From: an uncultured Succinivibrio sp.
GTDB taxonomy: Bacteria > Pseudomonadota > Gammaproteobacteria > Enterobacterales > Succinivibrionaceae
DNA length: 64,000 nt
Reading direction: 5' to 3'
Assembly: GCA_900767695.1 (NCBI GenBank)
Contig: CAAGAC010000030.1
Coordinates: 48,728 to 112,727 of the forward strand
Position 1 is the stretch's first letter, and each line of letters begins with the position of its first letter. Below, in pieces: positions 23,484 to 36,207 of the stretch. Both the position numbers and the translations under genes were made by a program. The notes beneath the pieces are model-generated. The model worked only from the letters and a program-made list of their open reading frames with translations. It was not told the DNA's origin and did no database searches.

Positions 23484-24003
23484 TGCCTTCGCCGTCCTTG
23501 CTCAGATCGGGCTTCACCGCCAGATCGGCAAGCAGCCGGAAGGGGAACCAGAGCGCCGCAAGCAGCAGCGCGGGGATCATGAAGTTGGCCTCGTAGGCGC
23601 TCTGGCCGAGCATGTGCGCAAGCCAGTAGCAGGTGACGCTCACGATGAGGTTGACGATGCCGGTGATCAGGGCCTGCTGCCAGTAGGAGTAGAGGCGGAA
23701 GCTCTCGAACTGGGAGCTTATGAGGTAGACCTGGGCGCACAGCGCCAGGGCGTTGATCCCAAGCGGGGCGCCCTGGAGGAGATCGACGGCGAGGCCCGCG
23801 ACCAGCGCAAGCTCGATGGAGAAGCCAAGCCTCGCCACCGCCGCGTAGTAGACGAGGACCAGCGCGGCGAACTCGGGCTTCTGCTCGTCGAGGAAGTCGC
23901 CCAATGATGCTATCTCGAGGATCACCGCGACTAGGAGCGCCGCCAGCAGGGCCGATACCTGCGGCCCCGCGCGGCGCTTCTTGCCAGACTGGGTGCTAGT
24001 CAC
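23470..24003 (-). CDS. mreD: Rod shape-determining protein MreD
   Basis: Hydrophobic; KPEF..LVL.YY, GL..DLL.G.PLG.NAL, WQQAL. GTG start inferred. Confidence 0.9.
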   Translation of the reverse strand: MTSTQSGKKRRAGPQVSALLAALLVAVILEIASLGDFLDEQKPEFAALVLVYYAAVARLGFSIELALVAGLAVDLLQGAPLGINALALCAQVYLISSQFESFRLYSYWQQALITGIVNLIVSVTCYWLAHMLGQSAYEANFMIPALLLAALWFPFRLLADLAVKPDLSKDGEGNGDN

Positions 24004-25051
24004 CGTTCGCCCCTCCGTTCTGATCCTGGCCCTGCGCCTGAGGCTGCCTGGACTGCGCTCCGGCCGCCTCGTCCGCGTCCTGGCCATTGGTGGTGATGTC
24101 GCTGCTCATGTGTGGCTGCTCCGTGGACATCGACTCGATGAGATCGCGGATGCGGTTCTGCCTGAGGATCACCTTGCCGTCGGTGCGCTCCTTGGCGATG
24201 ACCTTGTCCTCGGGCTCCTCGTAGTCGCTGCGCTGGTACCACAGGAGCAGCACGTAGCGCATCTTGCTGGCGTCGACGATGGGCCTGGCCTTGATGAAGG
24301 CGAAGGGTTGGGACTCGGAGAAGCCAACCGAGGTCACGGTGGCCACGGGGTAGCCCTCGGGGAACACCCCGCCCAGTCCCGAGGTAACCAGCAGATCGCC
24401 TGCCTTGAAGTCGGAGCTTCGCGGCACGTTGTTGATGAGAAGTTCGTCCGAGGAGCCGTCGCCGCTTGCAATGGCCCTGATCTGGTTGCGGTCGTTGACC
24501 ACCGGCACCGCGCTGTTGGGGTCGGAGAGCAGGAGCACGCGCGAGAACGCGTAGTTCACCGAGATCACCTGGCCCACGAGGCCTGAGTCTGAGATCACCG
24601 GCATGCCGACGTAGACGCCCGAGCCGGTGCCGCGGTTGATCACGACGCGGCGCTGGTAGACATCGGAGGCGACGTCCACCACCTCGGCGAACAGGCGCTT
24701 TGAGGTGCGGTGCACCGGCGAGTTGAGCAGGCGGCGCATCGCCTCGTTCTCGGTCTCGAGCGACTTGAGCCTCAGGATGTCGGCGCGCTGGATGTAGTTC
24801 TCGGCCGAAAGCCTCTCGTTCTCGGCCATCAGCTCGTTGCTGCTCTTGAGGTGGTTCGAGACGTACTTGGTGACCTTGTGCGGGGAGTCGGCGAAGGCGA
24901 GGATGGGGTAGAGCGCGGTCTCGAGGTAGTAGCGGAAGTCGTTCAGGGACTTCGAGCGCACGTCCACCGCCATGATCACCAGGCACAGCAGCGCCGCCGT
25001 GGCGAAACGGATGTGGATGAGGTAGTTCTTGCCGCGTTCAGGCTTGCCCAA
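23996..25051 (-). CDS. mreC: Rod shape-determining protein MreC
   Basis: TM plus coiled coil, GLVGQV, GDLLVTSGLGGVFPEGYPVA. Confidence 0.96.
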   Translation of the reverse strand: MGKPERGKNYLIHIRFATAALLCLVIMAVDVRSKSLNDFRYYLETALYPILAFADSPHKVTKYVSNHLKSSNELMAENERLSAENYIQRADILRLKSLETENEAMRRLLNSPVHRTSKRLFAEVVDVASDVYQRRVVINRGTGSGVYVGMPVISDSGLVGQVISVNYAFSRVLLLSDPNSAVPVVNDRNQIRAIASGDGSSDELLINNVPRSSDFKAGDLLVTSGLGGVFPEGYPVATVTSVGFSESQPFAFIKARPIVDASKMRYVLLLWYQRSDYEEPEDKVIAKERTDGKVILRQNRIRDLIESMSTEQPHMSSDITTNGQDADEAAGAQSRQPQAQGQDQNGGANGD

Positions 25052-25131
25052 GGACGAACTCCTGAGTCATGCAAACGGCAAGCCCCCGCGCCCCAGAAGG
25101 CGCAGGGGCCAGCCGGTCCACCTGGGTGGCT

Positions 25132-26184
25132 TCAGTCGAAGATCTCGTTGTCAGGCTGCGAGTCGTACATCTCCAGCGCCTTGCCGCCGCCCCTGGCCAC
25201 GCAGGTGAGAGGATCGTCGGCGATGACGACGGGGATGCCGGTCTCCTCGCGGAGGAGCTTGTCGAGGTTGTGGAGCAGCGCGCCGCCGCCCGAGAGCACC
25301 ATGCCGTGCTCGTAGATGTCGGCCGCTAGCTCGGGAGGAGACTTCTCCAGGGCGGTCCTGACCGCGTTCACGATGCCCTTGATCGGGTCGGAGAGCGCCT
25401 CGAGGATCTCGTTGGAGTTGAGTGTGAACGAGCGGGGCACGCCCTCGACCACGGAGCGGCCGCGGACCTCCTCCTCGTGCATCTCCTGCTCGGCGTAGGC
25501 CGAGCCGATGTCGATCTTGACCTTCTCGGCAGTGGCCTCGCCGATCTCGTAGCGCTTGGTGTTGCGCACGTAGTCGATGATGGCCTGGTCGAAGCGGTTG
25601 CCGCCGATGCGGACCGAGCTCGAGTAGACGATGCCGTTCAAGGAGATGATGGCGACCTCGGTGGTGCCGCCGCCGATGTCGACGATCATCGAGCCCGCCG
25701 CCTCCGAGACCGGAAGGCCGGCGCCGATGGCAGCGGCCATCGGCTCGGTGATCAGGAACACCTCGCTGGCGCCAGCGCCCTCAACCGACTCGCGGATGGC
25801 GCGGCGCTCGACCTGGGTCGCGCCGCAGGGAACGCACACCAGGACCCTGGGAGAGGGCTTGAAGGGGATGTAGTGGGATCCGCTGAGCACCTTGTCGATG
25901 AAGTACTGGAGCATCTTCTCGGTGTACTGGAAGTCGGCGATGACGCCGTCCTTCATCGGGCGGATGACCTCGATGTTGTCAGGATTGCGGCCGAGCATTT
26001 CCTTCGCGGCGCGGCCGACAGCGTCAACCTTGCGCTGCGCCCCGCCGGTGCGGTCGATCTTGACGGCGACAACAGAGGGCTCGTTGAGCACGATGCCCTT
26101 GTTCTTGACGTACACAAGTGTGTTGGCAGTCCCCAGATCTATGGAGAGATCATTCGAGAACACGCTGCGTAATTTTTTGAACAT
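25132..26184 (-). CDS. mreB: Actin-like rod shape protein MreB
   Basis: [34 protein letters not shown]. True start is ATG 26184. Confidence 0.98.
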   Translation of the reverse strand: MFKKLRSVFSNDLSIDLGTANTLVYVKNKGIVLNEPSVVAVKIDRTGGAQRKVDAVGRAAKEMLGRNPDNIEVIRPMKDGVIADFQYTEKMLQYFIDKVLSGSHYIPFKPSPRVLVCVPCGATQVERRAIRESVEGAGASEVFLITEPMAAAIGAGLPVSEAAGSMIVDIGGGTTEVAIISLNGIVYSSSVRIGGNRFDQAIIDYVRNTKRYEIGEATAEKVKIDIGSAYAEQEMHEEEVRGRSVVEGVPRSFTLNSNEILEALSDPIKGIVNAVRTALEKSPPELAADIYEHGMVLSGGGALLHNLDKLLREETGIPVVIADDPLTCVARGGGKALEMYDSQPDNEIFD

Positions 26185-26289
26185 TTTCTTAGGAGCCAGA
26201 ATATCTTGATGGCGCATTCGGCCATGGGCTGAAACTTGGGAAAGTATAGCACAGCCCCTGTGCGCTAATGAGCCGAAGGCCCCATGCGC

Positions 26290-26322
26290 AAATGGGGGGA
26301 GGCCCATGGCCTCCCCCCATTT
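26290..26322 (-). terminator. Terminator-like hairpin after ssb
   Basis: AAATGGGGGGAGGCC-CAT-GGCCTCCCCCCATTT 15-bp inverted repeat. Confidence 0.75.
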
Positions 26323-26354
26323 TCCAGACGGCGCGGCTTGCGCGCGCGGCCAGA

Positions 26355-26957
26355 TCAGAACGGGATGTCGTCGTTGCTCGGATCCATGTTCGGCTCGACC
26401 GGGGCGGCCGGAGCCTCCGGAGCGCTCTGGGCCTGGGGGGCGGCTCCCTGCGAGCCGTAGCCTCCCTGCGAGCCGTAGGACTGGCCGCCCTGGGAGCCGT
26501 AGCCGCCGGCGCCCTGCGAGCCATAGCCGCCCTGGGAGCCGTAGCCCGAGGAGCTGCCGTAGCCGCCCTGCTGGCGGTTCTGGCGCGGCTGGTAGTCGCC
26601 CTGGCCCTGCGAGCCGCCCTGGGCCCTGCCGAGCATCTGCATGTCGTCGGCGATGACCTCGGTCACGTAGCGCTTCTGGTTCTGCTTGTCCATGTAGGAG
26701 CGGGTGCGGAGCCTGCCCTCGATGTAGATCTGCGAGCCCTTGTGCAGGTACTGCTTGGCGACGTCGGCCAGCTTGCCCCAGAGCACGACATGGTGCCACT
26801 CGGCGATCTCGGTGTACTCGCCTGTCTCGGAGTTGCGGCGCATCTCGTTGGTGACCATCGAGATGGTGGCCACGCTCCTGCCGGTGCTGGTGGTCCTGAC
26901 GGTCGGCTCGTCGCCGAGGTTGCCGATGAGAATTACTTTGTTGACACCACGTGCCAT
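26355..26957 (-). CDS. ssb: Single-stranded DNA-binding protein
   Basis: [14 protein letters not shown] fold, EWHHVV, C-terminal DDIPF. Confidence 0.98.
   Translation of the reverse strand: MARGVNKVILIGNLGDEPTVRTTSTGRSVATISMVTNEMRRNSETGEYTEIAEWHHVVLWGKLADVAKQYLHKGSQIYIEGRLRTRSYMDKQNQKRYVTEVIADDMQMLGRAQGGSQGQGDYQPRQNRQQGGYGSSSGYGSQGGYGSQGAGGYGSQGGQSYGSQGGYGSQGAAPQAQSAPEAPAAPVEPNMDPSNDDIPF
26446..26620 (-). repeat. Imperfect tandem repeats encoding (G/S)YGSQG in the SSB linker
   Basis: Recurrent CCCTG(C/G)GAGCCGTAG-like units on the + strand; YGSQG five times plus one YGSSS. Confidence 0.85.
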
Positions 26958-27226
26958 ATGCTCAAATCCTTCTAAGTAAGATGTTGGTATCGATTGCTGG
27001 AAAAATTATATAACACCCTTTTTTTCCGCATCGTCGCAAAAACGGCACTTGGATCGGAAGCCGCATTCCCATGCGCCTTGCGGCGAAAAATGCTCATCGC
27101 GGGAGTGGGTTCCGGCGCGCTGTGTATAATGGCGCCAGCAAGGCCCGACGGGCGTTTCCGGGCCTCCCGTCACCCAATTCTTTCCCTATGGCGGCACCGC
27201 CGGCCGCCCGGCCTTTATTGGAACAA

Positions 27227-30061
<2,835 letters not shown>

Positions 30062-30081
30062 ACCAGCACAAGGAGAAAACC

Positions 30082-30453
30082 ATGGAAGAACTCACCCAGA
30101 AGGAGCGCGACGCCGTGCTCAAGCTCAACGCCGAGTACCGCAGGGCCTTCTTCGACGAGAAGATCAGGAAGAGCGGCTGCTTCTTCATCCTCGCCGACGA
30201 TCAGGGCCCGGTGGTGATCCAGGATGCCGGCGAGGGCGCCGAGGGCGGGGTGGTCCCCGTCTTCACCGACGCGCAGTTTGCAAGGATGTTCGCCGATGGC
30301 ATGAGGATAGAGGGCGCCGAGCCCAGGCAGGTCTCGGTAGAGGCCTACAACGGCTCGTGGGCCCCGATGCTCAGGGAGAACAAGATGGAGCTTGGCTTCA
30401 TGCCCGTCGCCGAGAGCGACGAGTTCGAGACCGAGGCGCCCGAGAGCCTGTAA
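30082..30453 (+). CDS. Hypothetical protein, DUF2750-like
   Basis: AGGAG RBS, 123-aa acidic protein with a FIL.D..G...VPVF..A..A...W.PML pattern recalling DUF2750. Confidence 0.6.
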   Translation: MEELTQKERDAVLKLNAEYRRAFFDEKIRKSGCFFILADDQGPVVIQDAGEGAEGGVVPVFTDAQFARMFADGMRIEGAEPRQVSVEAYNGSWAPMLRENKMELGFMPVAESDEFETEAPESL

Positions 30454-30475
30454 GGCTATCCCGCGCAAGGCGGGA

Positions 30476-31513
30476 TCACTCGGCGTAGGGCCTGACGCCT
30501 GCCTTGGCGCAGCGCTCGACGTAGCGCTCGCGGTGCCAGATCTGCCAGGAGTTCATGCAGTTCTGCCACAGGATGTAGCAGCCCTGCGCGATCGCGGCGG
30601 CGGGATCGAGGAAGGAGAGCGAGATCCAGAGCCCGAACACCCCGTTGCGCTGGCCGTAGGCTTGGCCCGCGCTGATCCTCTGCCCGCAGAGCTGCCCCAC
30701 TATCTTGCCGGTGGCGAAGTTGAAGGCGGTGATGACGAGGCCGATGCCTGCAAGCGCCCAGATCACCGAGGCGGGCTCGGGCGAGTTGGCGATGACGTCG
30801 AAGGAGCGCCCGGCCACCACCGAGAGCGTGACGCCCCAGATGTAGAACGAGGCGTCGTGCAGCGTGGTGGTGATGAAGCGGTGCAGGCGCTTGAAAAAGA
30901 GCTTGGTCGCGAAGGCCAGGATCAGCGGCAGCACGATGACCGGGAAGACGTGGCCTGCCAGGAGCATGAACTCCTGGAGGAACGATCCGCCCATCTTGCT
31001 CGTGAACAGCGGGAAGAACCCCGGGATGCACAGCGAGGCGAGCAGGTTGCCGATGAGCACCCCGGTGACTATCGACGACTCGTTGCCGCCGATGTGGCCT
31101 CCGATGACGCCTGCGGCCGCCGCAGGCGGGCAGACCACGCATATGAGGGCGCCCTCAAGCAGGATCCTGGCAGTCGGGCTGTCGGTCCAGCGGATCGCAA
31201 GGCTGAGCGCCAGCGTGGTCAGGAACATCAGCGTGTAGAGCGCCAGGTGCCACTTGTGCGGCCTCATGTCCCTCGCGTTCACCTTGCAGAACGAGAGGTA
31301 GAGCATCGTGAAGATGAACACGGGGAGCATCCTGTCGCCCACGAAGTAGGCGGCGGGCTTGAGCGGGGCGAGCGCGGGGATATTGTGGAACAGAGTGAAC
31401 ACGATGCCGCCCGTCGCGATAGCGAATACGAGCAGGTACTTGCGCAGGATGGTTTCTAAGGCCGAGCGCTGGCGGCGCTTGGGCGTTGCTTGCTTTGTCG
31501 TGTCCATAGGCAT
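30476..31513 (-). CDS. Bile acid:sodium symporter (BASS)-like membrane transporter
   Basis: Multi-TM protein with MLYLSFCK, CPPAAAAGVI..IGG, AGQAYGQRN and YILWQN..NSWQ motifs. Start 31513 or 31507. Confidence 0.75.
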   Translation of the reverse strand: MPMDTTKQATPKRRQRSALETILRKYLLVFAIATGGIVFTLFHNIPALAPLKPAAYFVGDRMLPVFIFTMLYLSFCKVNARDMRPHKWHLALYTLMFLTTLALSLAIRWTDSPTARILLEGALICVVCPPAAAAGVIGGHIGGNESSIVTGVLIGNLLASLCIPGFFPLFTSKMGGSFLQEFMLLAGHVFPVIVLPLILAFATKLFFKRLHRFITTTLHDASFYIWGVTLSVVAGRSFDVIANSPEPASVIWALAGIGLVITAFNFATGKIVGQLCGQRISAGQAYGQRNGVFGLWISLSFLDPAAAIAQGCYILWQNCMNSWQIWHRERYVERCAKAGVRPYAE

Positions 31514-31642
31514 TCTTTTGTGGTTGAATTGAACCCTGGTGCTGATGGATGAGGATTTTGGTCGCATGCCCATCCGTTTGCAACAGAGAGTTTGTTTCAT
31601 TTTCAGGCGCGGCAGGGGCCGGCGCAGGGCTGGAGGAAACTA

Positions 31643-33001
31643 ATGTCCGATTTCATTGAGGGGATCAGGAAGAGCGAGGGCGAGCTTGAAGAGCTCGCCG
31701 CATCGACCGTCAAGGCCATCCTCGGGGAAGGCGCCGACCAGTGCAGCGTCTACATCGGCGGCAACTCGGGCTTGTCGGTCTCGGCGCGCGACGGCGCCGT
31801 CGAGAACATCGAGTTCAACCGGGGCAACGGATTGAGCATCAGCGTCTTCCGCGGCCACCGCCGCGGATCCTCCTCGACCACCGACCTGCGGCCCGACGCC
31901 ATCAGGAGGTGCATCGAGAGCGCGATGAGCATCGCCTCGTTCTCAGGCGAGGATCCCTGCGCGGGAGTTGCCGATCCGGATCTCCTGTGTCATGAGTTCC
32001 GCGATCTCAAGCTGCTCTACCCGGGCTTTGAAAGCCCCGATCAGGCAGCCGACATAGCGGTCAGGCTCGACAAGCTTGGCTGGGAGCGCAAAGGCGGGGA
32101 CATCAAGGGCAGCGACGGCTCGTCGGCAAGCGCCTCGGTCTACACCGGGTGCTACGCCGACTCAAACGGCTTCTGCCACGCCGCCTCGTCCTCCTACTGC
32201 TCCTCAGGCCTCACCCTGCTGGGCGAGCGCGGCGGGGCGATGGAGCGCGGCAGCGGCTTCACCGTCTCAAGAAGCATAGGAGGCCTCTGGGATCCAGAGA
32301 GGATAGCCGAGGAGGCGCTATCCAACACCCTGGGCAGGCTCGGGCCAAAGCCGGTGAGGACCGGCCCCATGAACGTGGTCTTTGCAAAGTGCGCGGTGCA
32401 GTCGCTCGTCGGCACGCTTGCAGGCGCCATCAGCGGCGGGACGCTCTTTCGCAGGACCTCGTTCCTCTGCGACGCGCTTGGCAAGGAGATCATGCCCTCC
32501 TACCTTGATATCAGCGAGGATCCCTTCGTCGATGGCGGGCTTGGCTCGGACGACTGCGACAGCGAGGGCGTGCGCGCCCTGCCCATGGACATAGTCTCAG
32601 GCGGCACCCTCAAGGCATACCTGCTTGCCACCTACTCCTCGCGCAAGCTGCACATGAAGTCAAACGGGCACGCAAGCGGGATCTACAACTGGGACGTGCA
32701 TTTTGGCGACGGGCGCGAGCTGCCCTTCGATGAGCTGCTGGCAAAAGCCGGAGAGGGGATCGTGGTCGAGGAGCTCATGGGCCAGGGGACCGATCTTGCA
32801 AGCGGCAACTACTCGCACGGCGCCGCGGGCTACTACTTCAAGGATGGCAAGAAGGTCCACCCGGTGGCCGGGATCACCATCGCCGGCAACCTGAAGGACA
32901 TGTACCGCCGCATGGAGCTGATGTCAGACCGCTTCGATCCGCGCTACCGCGTCCACACCGGCGCGATCCTGGTGACCGGGATGACGGTCTCGGGAAGCTG
33001 A
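31643..33001 (+). CDS. pmbA: Metalloprotease subunit PmbA/TldE
   Basis: VENIEFNR, DSEGV, TYSSRKL, ELMGQG, ITIAGNL; GGAGG RBS. Confidence 0.93.
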   Translation: MSDFIEGIRKSEGELEELAASTVKAILGEGADQCSVYIGGNSGLSVSARDGAVENIEFNRGNGLSISVFRGHRRGSSSTTDLRPDAIRRCIESAMSIASFSGEDPCAGVADPDLLCHEFRDLKLLYPGFESPDQAADIAVRLDKLGWERKGGDIKGSDGSSASASVYTGCYADSNGFCHAASSSYCSSGLTLLGERGGAMERGSGFTVSRSIGGLWDPERIAEEALSNTLGRLGPKPVRTGPMNVVFAKCAVQSLVGTLAGAISGGTLFRRTSFLCDALGKEIMPSYLDISEDPFVDGGLGSDDCDSEGVRALPMDIVSGGTLKAYLLATYSSRKLHMKSNGHASGIYNWDVHFGDGRELPFDELLAKAGEGIVVEELMGQGTDLASGNYSHGAAGYYFKDGKKVHPVAGITIAGNLKDMYRRMELMSDRFDPRYRVHTGAILVTGMTVSGS

Positions 33002-33043
33002 CGCGCAATAAGGCCGCCCAGGGCCAAGGCCCTGGCGGAAAGC

Positions 33044-33073
33044 AAAAGCCCCGGCCGATGGCCGGGGCTTTTT
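33044..33073. terminator. Bidirectional terminator between pmbA and gpmI
   Basis: AAAAGCCCCGGCC-GAT-GGCCGGGGCTTTTT. Confidence 0.85.
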
Positions 33074-33087
33074 CAAGTCAGCTTGAA

Positions 33088-34626
33088 TCACTCAAGCTCG
33101 ACGATCGACTTGCCGGTCATTTCCTTAGGTTGCGGCAGGCCTATGAGCTTGAGGATGGTCGGGGCGATGTCGCACAGGCGGCCGCCCTCGCGCATCTTCG
33201 CCTTGCGGCCGACGTAGATGAACGGGACCGGGAGGTTGGTGTGGGCGGTGTAGGGCTGGCCGGTGGTCATGTCCTTCATGCGCTCGCAGTTGCCGTGATC
33301 GGCGGTGATCAGGCACTCGCCATCGACCTTCTTGAGGGACTCGACGACCCTGCCGATGCAGTGGTCGACAGCCTCGACGGCCTTGACCGCGGCCTCGAAC
33401 TTGCCAGTGTGGCCGACCATGTCGCCGTTGGGGTAGTTGCAGATCACGACGTCGTACTTGCCCGACTCGATGGCCGCGCAGAGCTTGTCGGTGAGCTCCT
33501 GGGAGCTCATCTCAGGCTGCAGATCGTAGGTGGCGACCTTCGGGGACTGGATCAGGATGCGATCCTCGCCCGGGAACACGGTCTCGACGCCGCCGTTGAA
33601 GAAGAAGGTGACGTGGGCGTACTTCTCGGTCTCGGAGATGCGCAGCTGGGTCTTGCCATGCTTGGAGAGCCACTCGCCCAGGGTGTTGACCAGATCCTCG
33701 GGAGGATAGGCGCAGGCGGTCTTGATGTCGGCGGCGTACTGGGTCAGCATCACGAAGTCGGAGAGCTTGGGCCTGTACTCGCGCTTGAAGCCGGTGAAGT
33801 CCTTGTCGTCGTTGACGAAGGCCCTGGTGATCTGGCGGGCGCGGTCGGCGCGGAAGTTCATGAAGATCAGGCTGTCGCCGTCTTCCATCTTCACGGGCTC
33901 GCCGACGACGGAGGCCTTGACGAACTCGTCGTTCTCGCCGCGGTCGTAGGCGGCCTTGAGGGCCTCGGTGGCGGTGGCGAACGGGGCGAACTCGCTCTTG
34001 GACTGGGTGAGCAGGTCATAGGCCTGCTGCTCGCGGTCCCAGCGGTTGTCGCGGTCCATCGCGTAGTAGCGGCCGATCAGGGAGACGATGCGGCCGACGC
34101 CCAGCTCCTTGAAGAGCTTCTCGAAGACGTCGATGTCGCCCTGCGCCGAGCGCGGCGGAACGTCGCGGCCGTCGAGGAACGGGTGGAAGTAGATCTTCTT
34201 GGCGCCGCGCTGGGCTGCCAGCTTGATCATGGCGATGATGTGCTTCTCGTGGGAGTGGACTCCGCCCGGGGACATCAGGCCCATGACGTGGACGGCCTTG
34301 CCGGCCTTGACCGCCTTGTCGACAGCTTCGCAGAGGACCGGGTTCTTGAAGAAGTCGCCGTCCTCGATGGCCTTGGAAATGCGGGTGAGCTCCTGGTAGA
34401 CAACCCTGCCGGCGCCGATGTTGGTGTGGCCAACCTCGGAGTTGCCCATCTGGCCGTCAGGCAGGCCCACGTAGGTGCCGGAGGCCTGGATGTCGGTGTG
34501 GGCGTACTTGGCGGTGAGCGCGTCGAGGTTCGGGGTCTTGCCGGCCTTGACTGCGTTGAACCTGTCGTCGGGGTTGTCGCCCCAGCCGTCCATGATGATC
34601 AGGGCGAAAGTTTTTTTCTTTTCCAT
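33088..34626 (-). CDS. gpmI: 2,3-BPG-independent phosphoglycerate mutase
   Basis: [41 protein letters not shown]. Confidence 0.98.
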   Translation of the reverse strand: MEKKKTFALIIMDGWGDNPDDRFNAVKAGKTPNLDALTAKYAHTDIQASGTYVGLPDGQMGNSEVGHTNIGAGRVVYQELTRISKAIEDGDFFKNPVLCEAVDKAVKAGKAVHVMGLMSPGGVHSHEKHIIAMIKLAAQRGAKKIYFHPFLDGRDVPPRSAQGDIDVFEKLFKELGVGRIVSLIGRYYAMDRDNRWDREQQAYDLLTQSKSEFAPFATATEALKAAYDRGENDEFVKASVVGEPVKMEDGDSLIFMNFRADRARQITRAFVNDDKDFTGFKREYRPKLSDFVMLTQYAADIKTACAYPPEDLVNTLGEWLSKHGKTQLRISETEKYAHVTFFFNGGVETVFPGEDRILIQSPKVATYDLQPEMSSQELTDKLCAAIESGKYDVVICNYPNGDMVGHTGKFEAAVKAVEAVDHCIGRVVESLKKVDGECLITADHGNCERMKDMTTGQPYTAHTNLPVPFIYVGRKAKMREGGRLCDIAPTILKLIGLPQPKEMTGKSIVELE

Positions 34627-35133
34627 ACCTTTCTTGTCTCAAGTGGTCAAAGTTCTTGTCAGTGCACATTCTAGCCTTTATCCGCTCCCAATAAGGGCGC
34701 GCGCGGGAAAATCTATCAGCCGGAACGGTGTATTAGCCATAGCTAACTATACGCCCTAGGACTGTGAAGTTCACAGGCGGAAAATGGCGCGCCGCGAAGG
34801 CGTTCGCCGGCTTGGGCGTCAGGTGGCGCAGATGCGACAAAGAGCAGGATGCCGCCAATGCGCTCGGCAAGAGTCCAACTGATTGTTTGCCAGCATGATC
34901 TTGGAAATGACGCGGCTGGGCTCGGCATCATTGCAACCGTCCTCCTCATTCCGGATCTTCAAGGCGCTTGCCACGGCCTGGCGACTCCGCTGCAAGCAGT
35001 GCCAAGCATAAGGTGCCGGCTCCTCCGGCTATGGCAGGGAGAAGAGATGGCGTCTTTTGGGCCTTTTTTGCGCAAATTCTTTTCGCTTGCGTGAGCGCAA
35101 GCGCCTTATGCAGCGGGATAGACGCTGCGCGTA

Positions 35134-35142
35134 TGCTAAAAT
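35134..35142 (+). promoter_or_regulatory. Extended -10 element for yibN-secB-gpsA
   Basis: TG-C-TAAAAT about 70 nt upstream of the yibN start. Confidence 0.4.
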
Positions 35143-35211
35143 TGCGCAGCAAAAAGTCACATCCAGCACATGCAGAGGTCAGTTTTGGGAGACTTCATTT
35201 CATCGGCGGAC

Positions 35212-35640
35212 ATGGCGGAGTACACCGCCTTCCTCGGCCGCCACTACATCCTTGCAGCAGTCTGGGTATGCGCCCTCGTAGGCCTCGTCTACGTCCAGAT
35301 CCGCATCCTCACCGCCGGCATCAAGAAGCTTTCTTCGGCAAAGTGCACGTTCCTCGTCAACCATGAGAACGGGCTCTTCGTCGACGTCAGGAGCTCGAGC
35401 ACCTTCAAGGGCGGGCACGTTCCCGGCTCGGTCAACGTCCCGGCCGCCGACATCCGCTCGGGCAGGTACTCGATCACCGGCGGCACCGGCCGCAAGATCA
35501 TCGTCGTCGGCCGCGACAAGTACGATACGGACAGCTTCAACAGCGCCCGCATCCTCAAGAAGGCCGGCTACCAGGTCGTCTCGCTCGACGGCGGTATCGC
35601 GCAGTGGCAGGCGGACAACCTTCCCCTTTCAGTCAAGTAA
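35212..35640 (+). CDS. yibN: Membrane-anchored rhodanese-like protein (YibN)
   Basis: N-terminal TM, VDVR...F..GHVPGS.N, LDGGIAQW...LP; located upstream of secB. Confidence 0.85.
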   Translation: MAEYTAFLGRHYILAAVWVCALVGLVYVQIRILTAGIKKLSSAKCTFLVNHENGLFVDVRSSSTFKGGHVPGSVNVPAADIRSGRYSITGGTGRKIIVVGRDKYDTDSFNSARILKKAGYQVVSLDGGIAQWQADNLPLSVK

Positions 35641-35670
35641 CAGTCATCCAAAATAAGGAAATACCAGGAA

Positions 35671-36189
35671 ATGGCAGACACCAACGAAAAGACCCCTGAG
35701 AACAAGGCAAACGCCCAGCAGAACCAGCCCATGTTCGAGGTGCTGAGGATTTACGCCAAGGACTGCTCGCTTGAGACCCCCAACACCCCCGCCGTCTTCA
35801 AGATGGCCTGGAAGCCTGAGATCTCCGTCGAGTTCGATGCCAAGCCGACCAGCCTCGGCGACGACCGGTTCGAGATCGACCTGCGCGTCACCGCGACCTG
35901 CAAGATCGAGGAGAAGATCGCCTTCATCGCCGAAGTCCACCAGGCCGGCATCTTCCTCATCAAGAACTTCGACGACGCCACCGCCCACTACCTGCTCGGC
36001 GCGGTCGCCCCGAACACCCTCTTCCCGTACGCCCGCGAGCACATAGCCTCGCTGGTCAACCGCGCGACCTTCCCTGCGCTCAACCTGCGCCCGCTGAACT
36101 TCGAGGCCCTCTACAGGGCCCGCCAGGCCGAGGCCGCCCAGAAGGCCAAGGAAGAGGCCGCCAAGAAGGACGGCGCCGCGCAGCAGTAA
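35671..36189 (+). CDS. secB: Protein-export chaperone SecB
   Basis: RIYAKD.SLETP, EVHQAGIF, PNTLFPYARE, NFEALY. Confidence 0.97.
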   Translation: MADTNEKTPENKANAQQNQPMFEVLRIYAKDCSLETPNTPAVFKMAWKPEISVEFDAKPTSLGDDRFEIDLRVTATCKIEEKIAFIAEVHQAGIFLIKNFDDATAHYLLGAVAPNTLFPYAREHIASLVNRATFPALNLRPLNFEALYRARQAEAAQKAKEEAAKKDGAAQQ

Positions 36190-36207
36190 TTCCGCGCGGA
36201 GCTCACC

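Noticed and set aside
26446..26620. Repeats as a possible CRISPR array
   Set aside because: In-frame coding repeats of 15-24 nt within ssb, with no unique spacers and no cas genes.
25132..26799. 555-aa ORF suggesting an N-terminally extended MreB overlapping ssb
   Set aside because: Canonical MFKKLR start at 26184 with an AGGA-like context. The extension is an alternative frame of ssb and crosses a terminator hairpin.
27071..27226. N-terminal extensions in the ORF track for uvrA (likewise lptB, ribB, hslO, coaD, argF, mutM, mlaC)
   Set aside because: Longest-ORF artefacts; conserved N-termini and RBSs point to downstream starts.
35212..35640. Rhodanese domain lacking the catalytic Cys
   Set aside because: As I recall, YibN-family proteins often lack this Cys, so it is not unusual.
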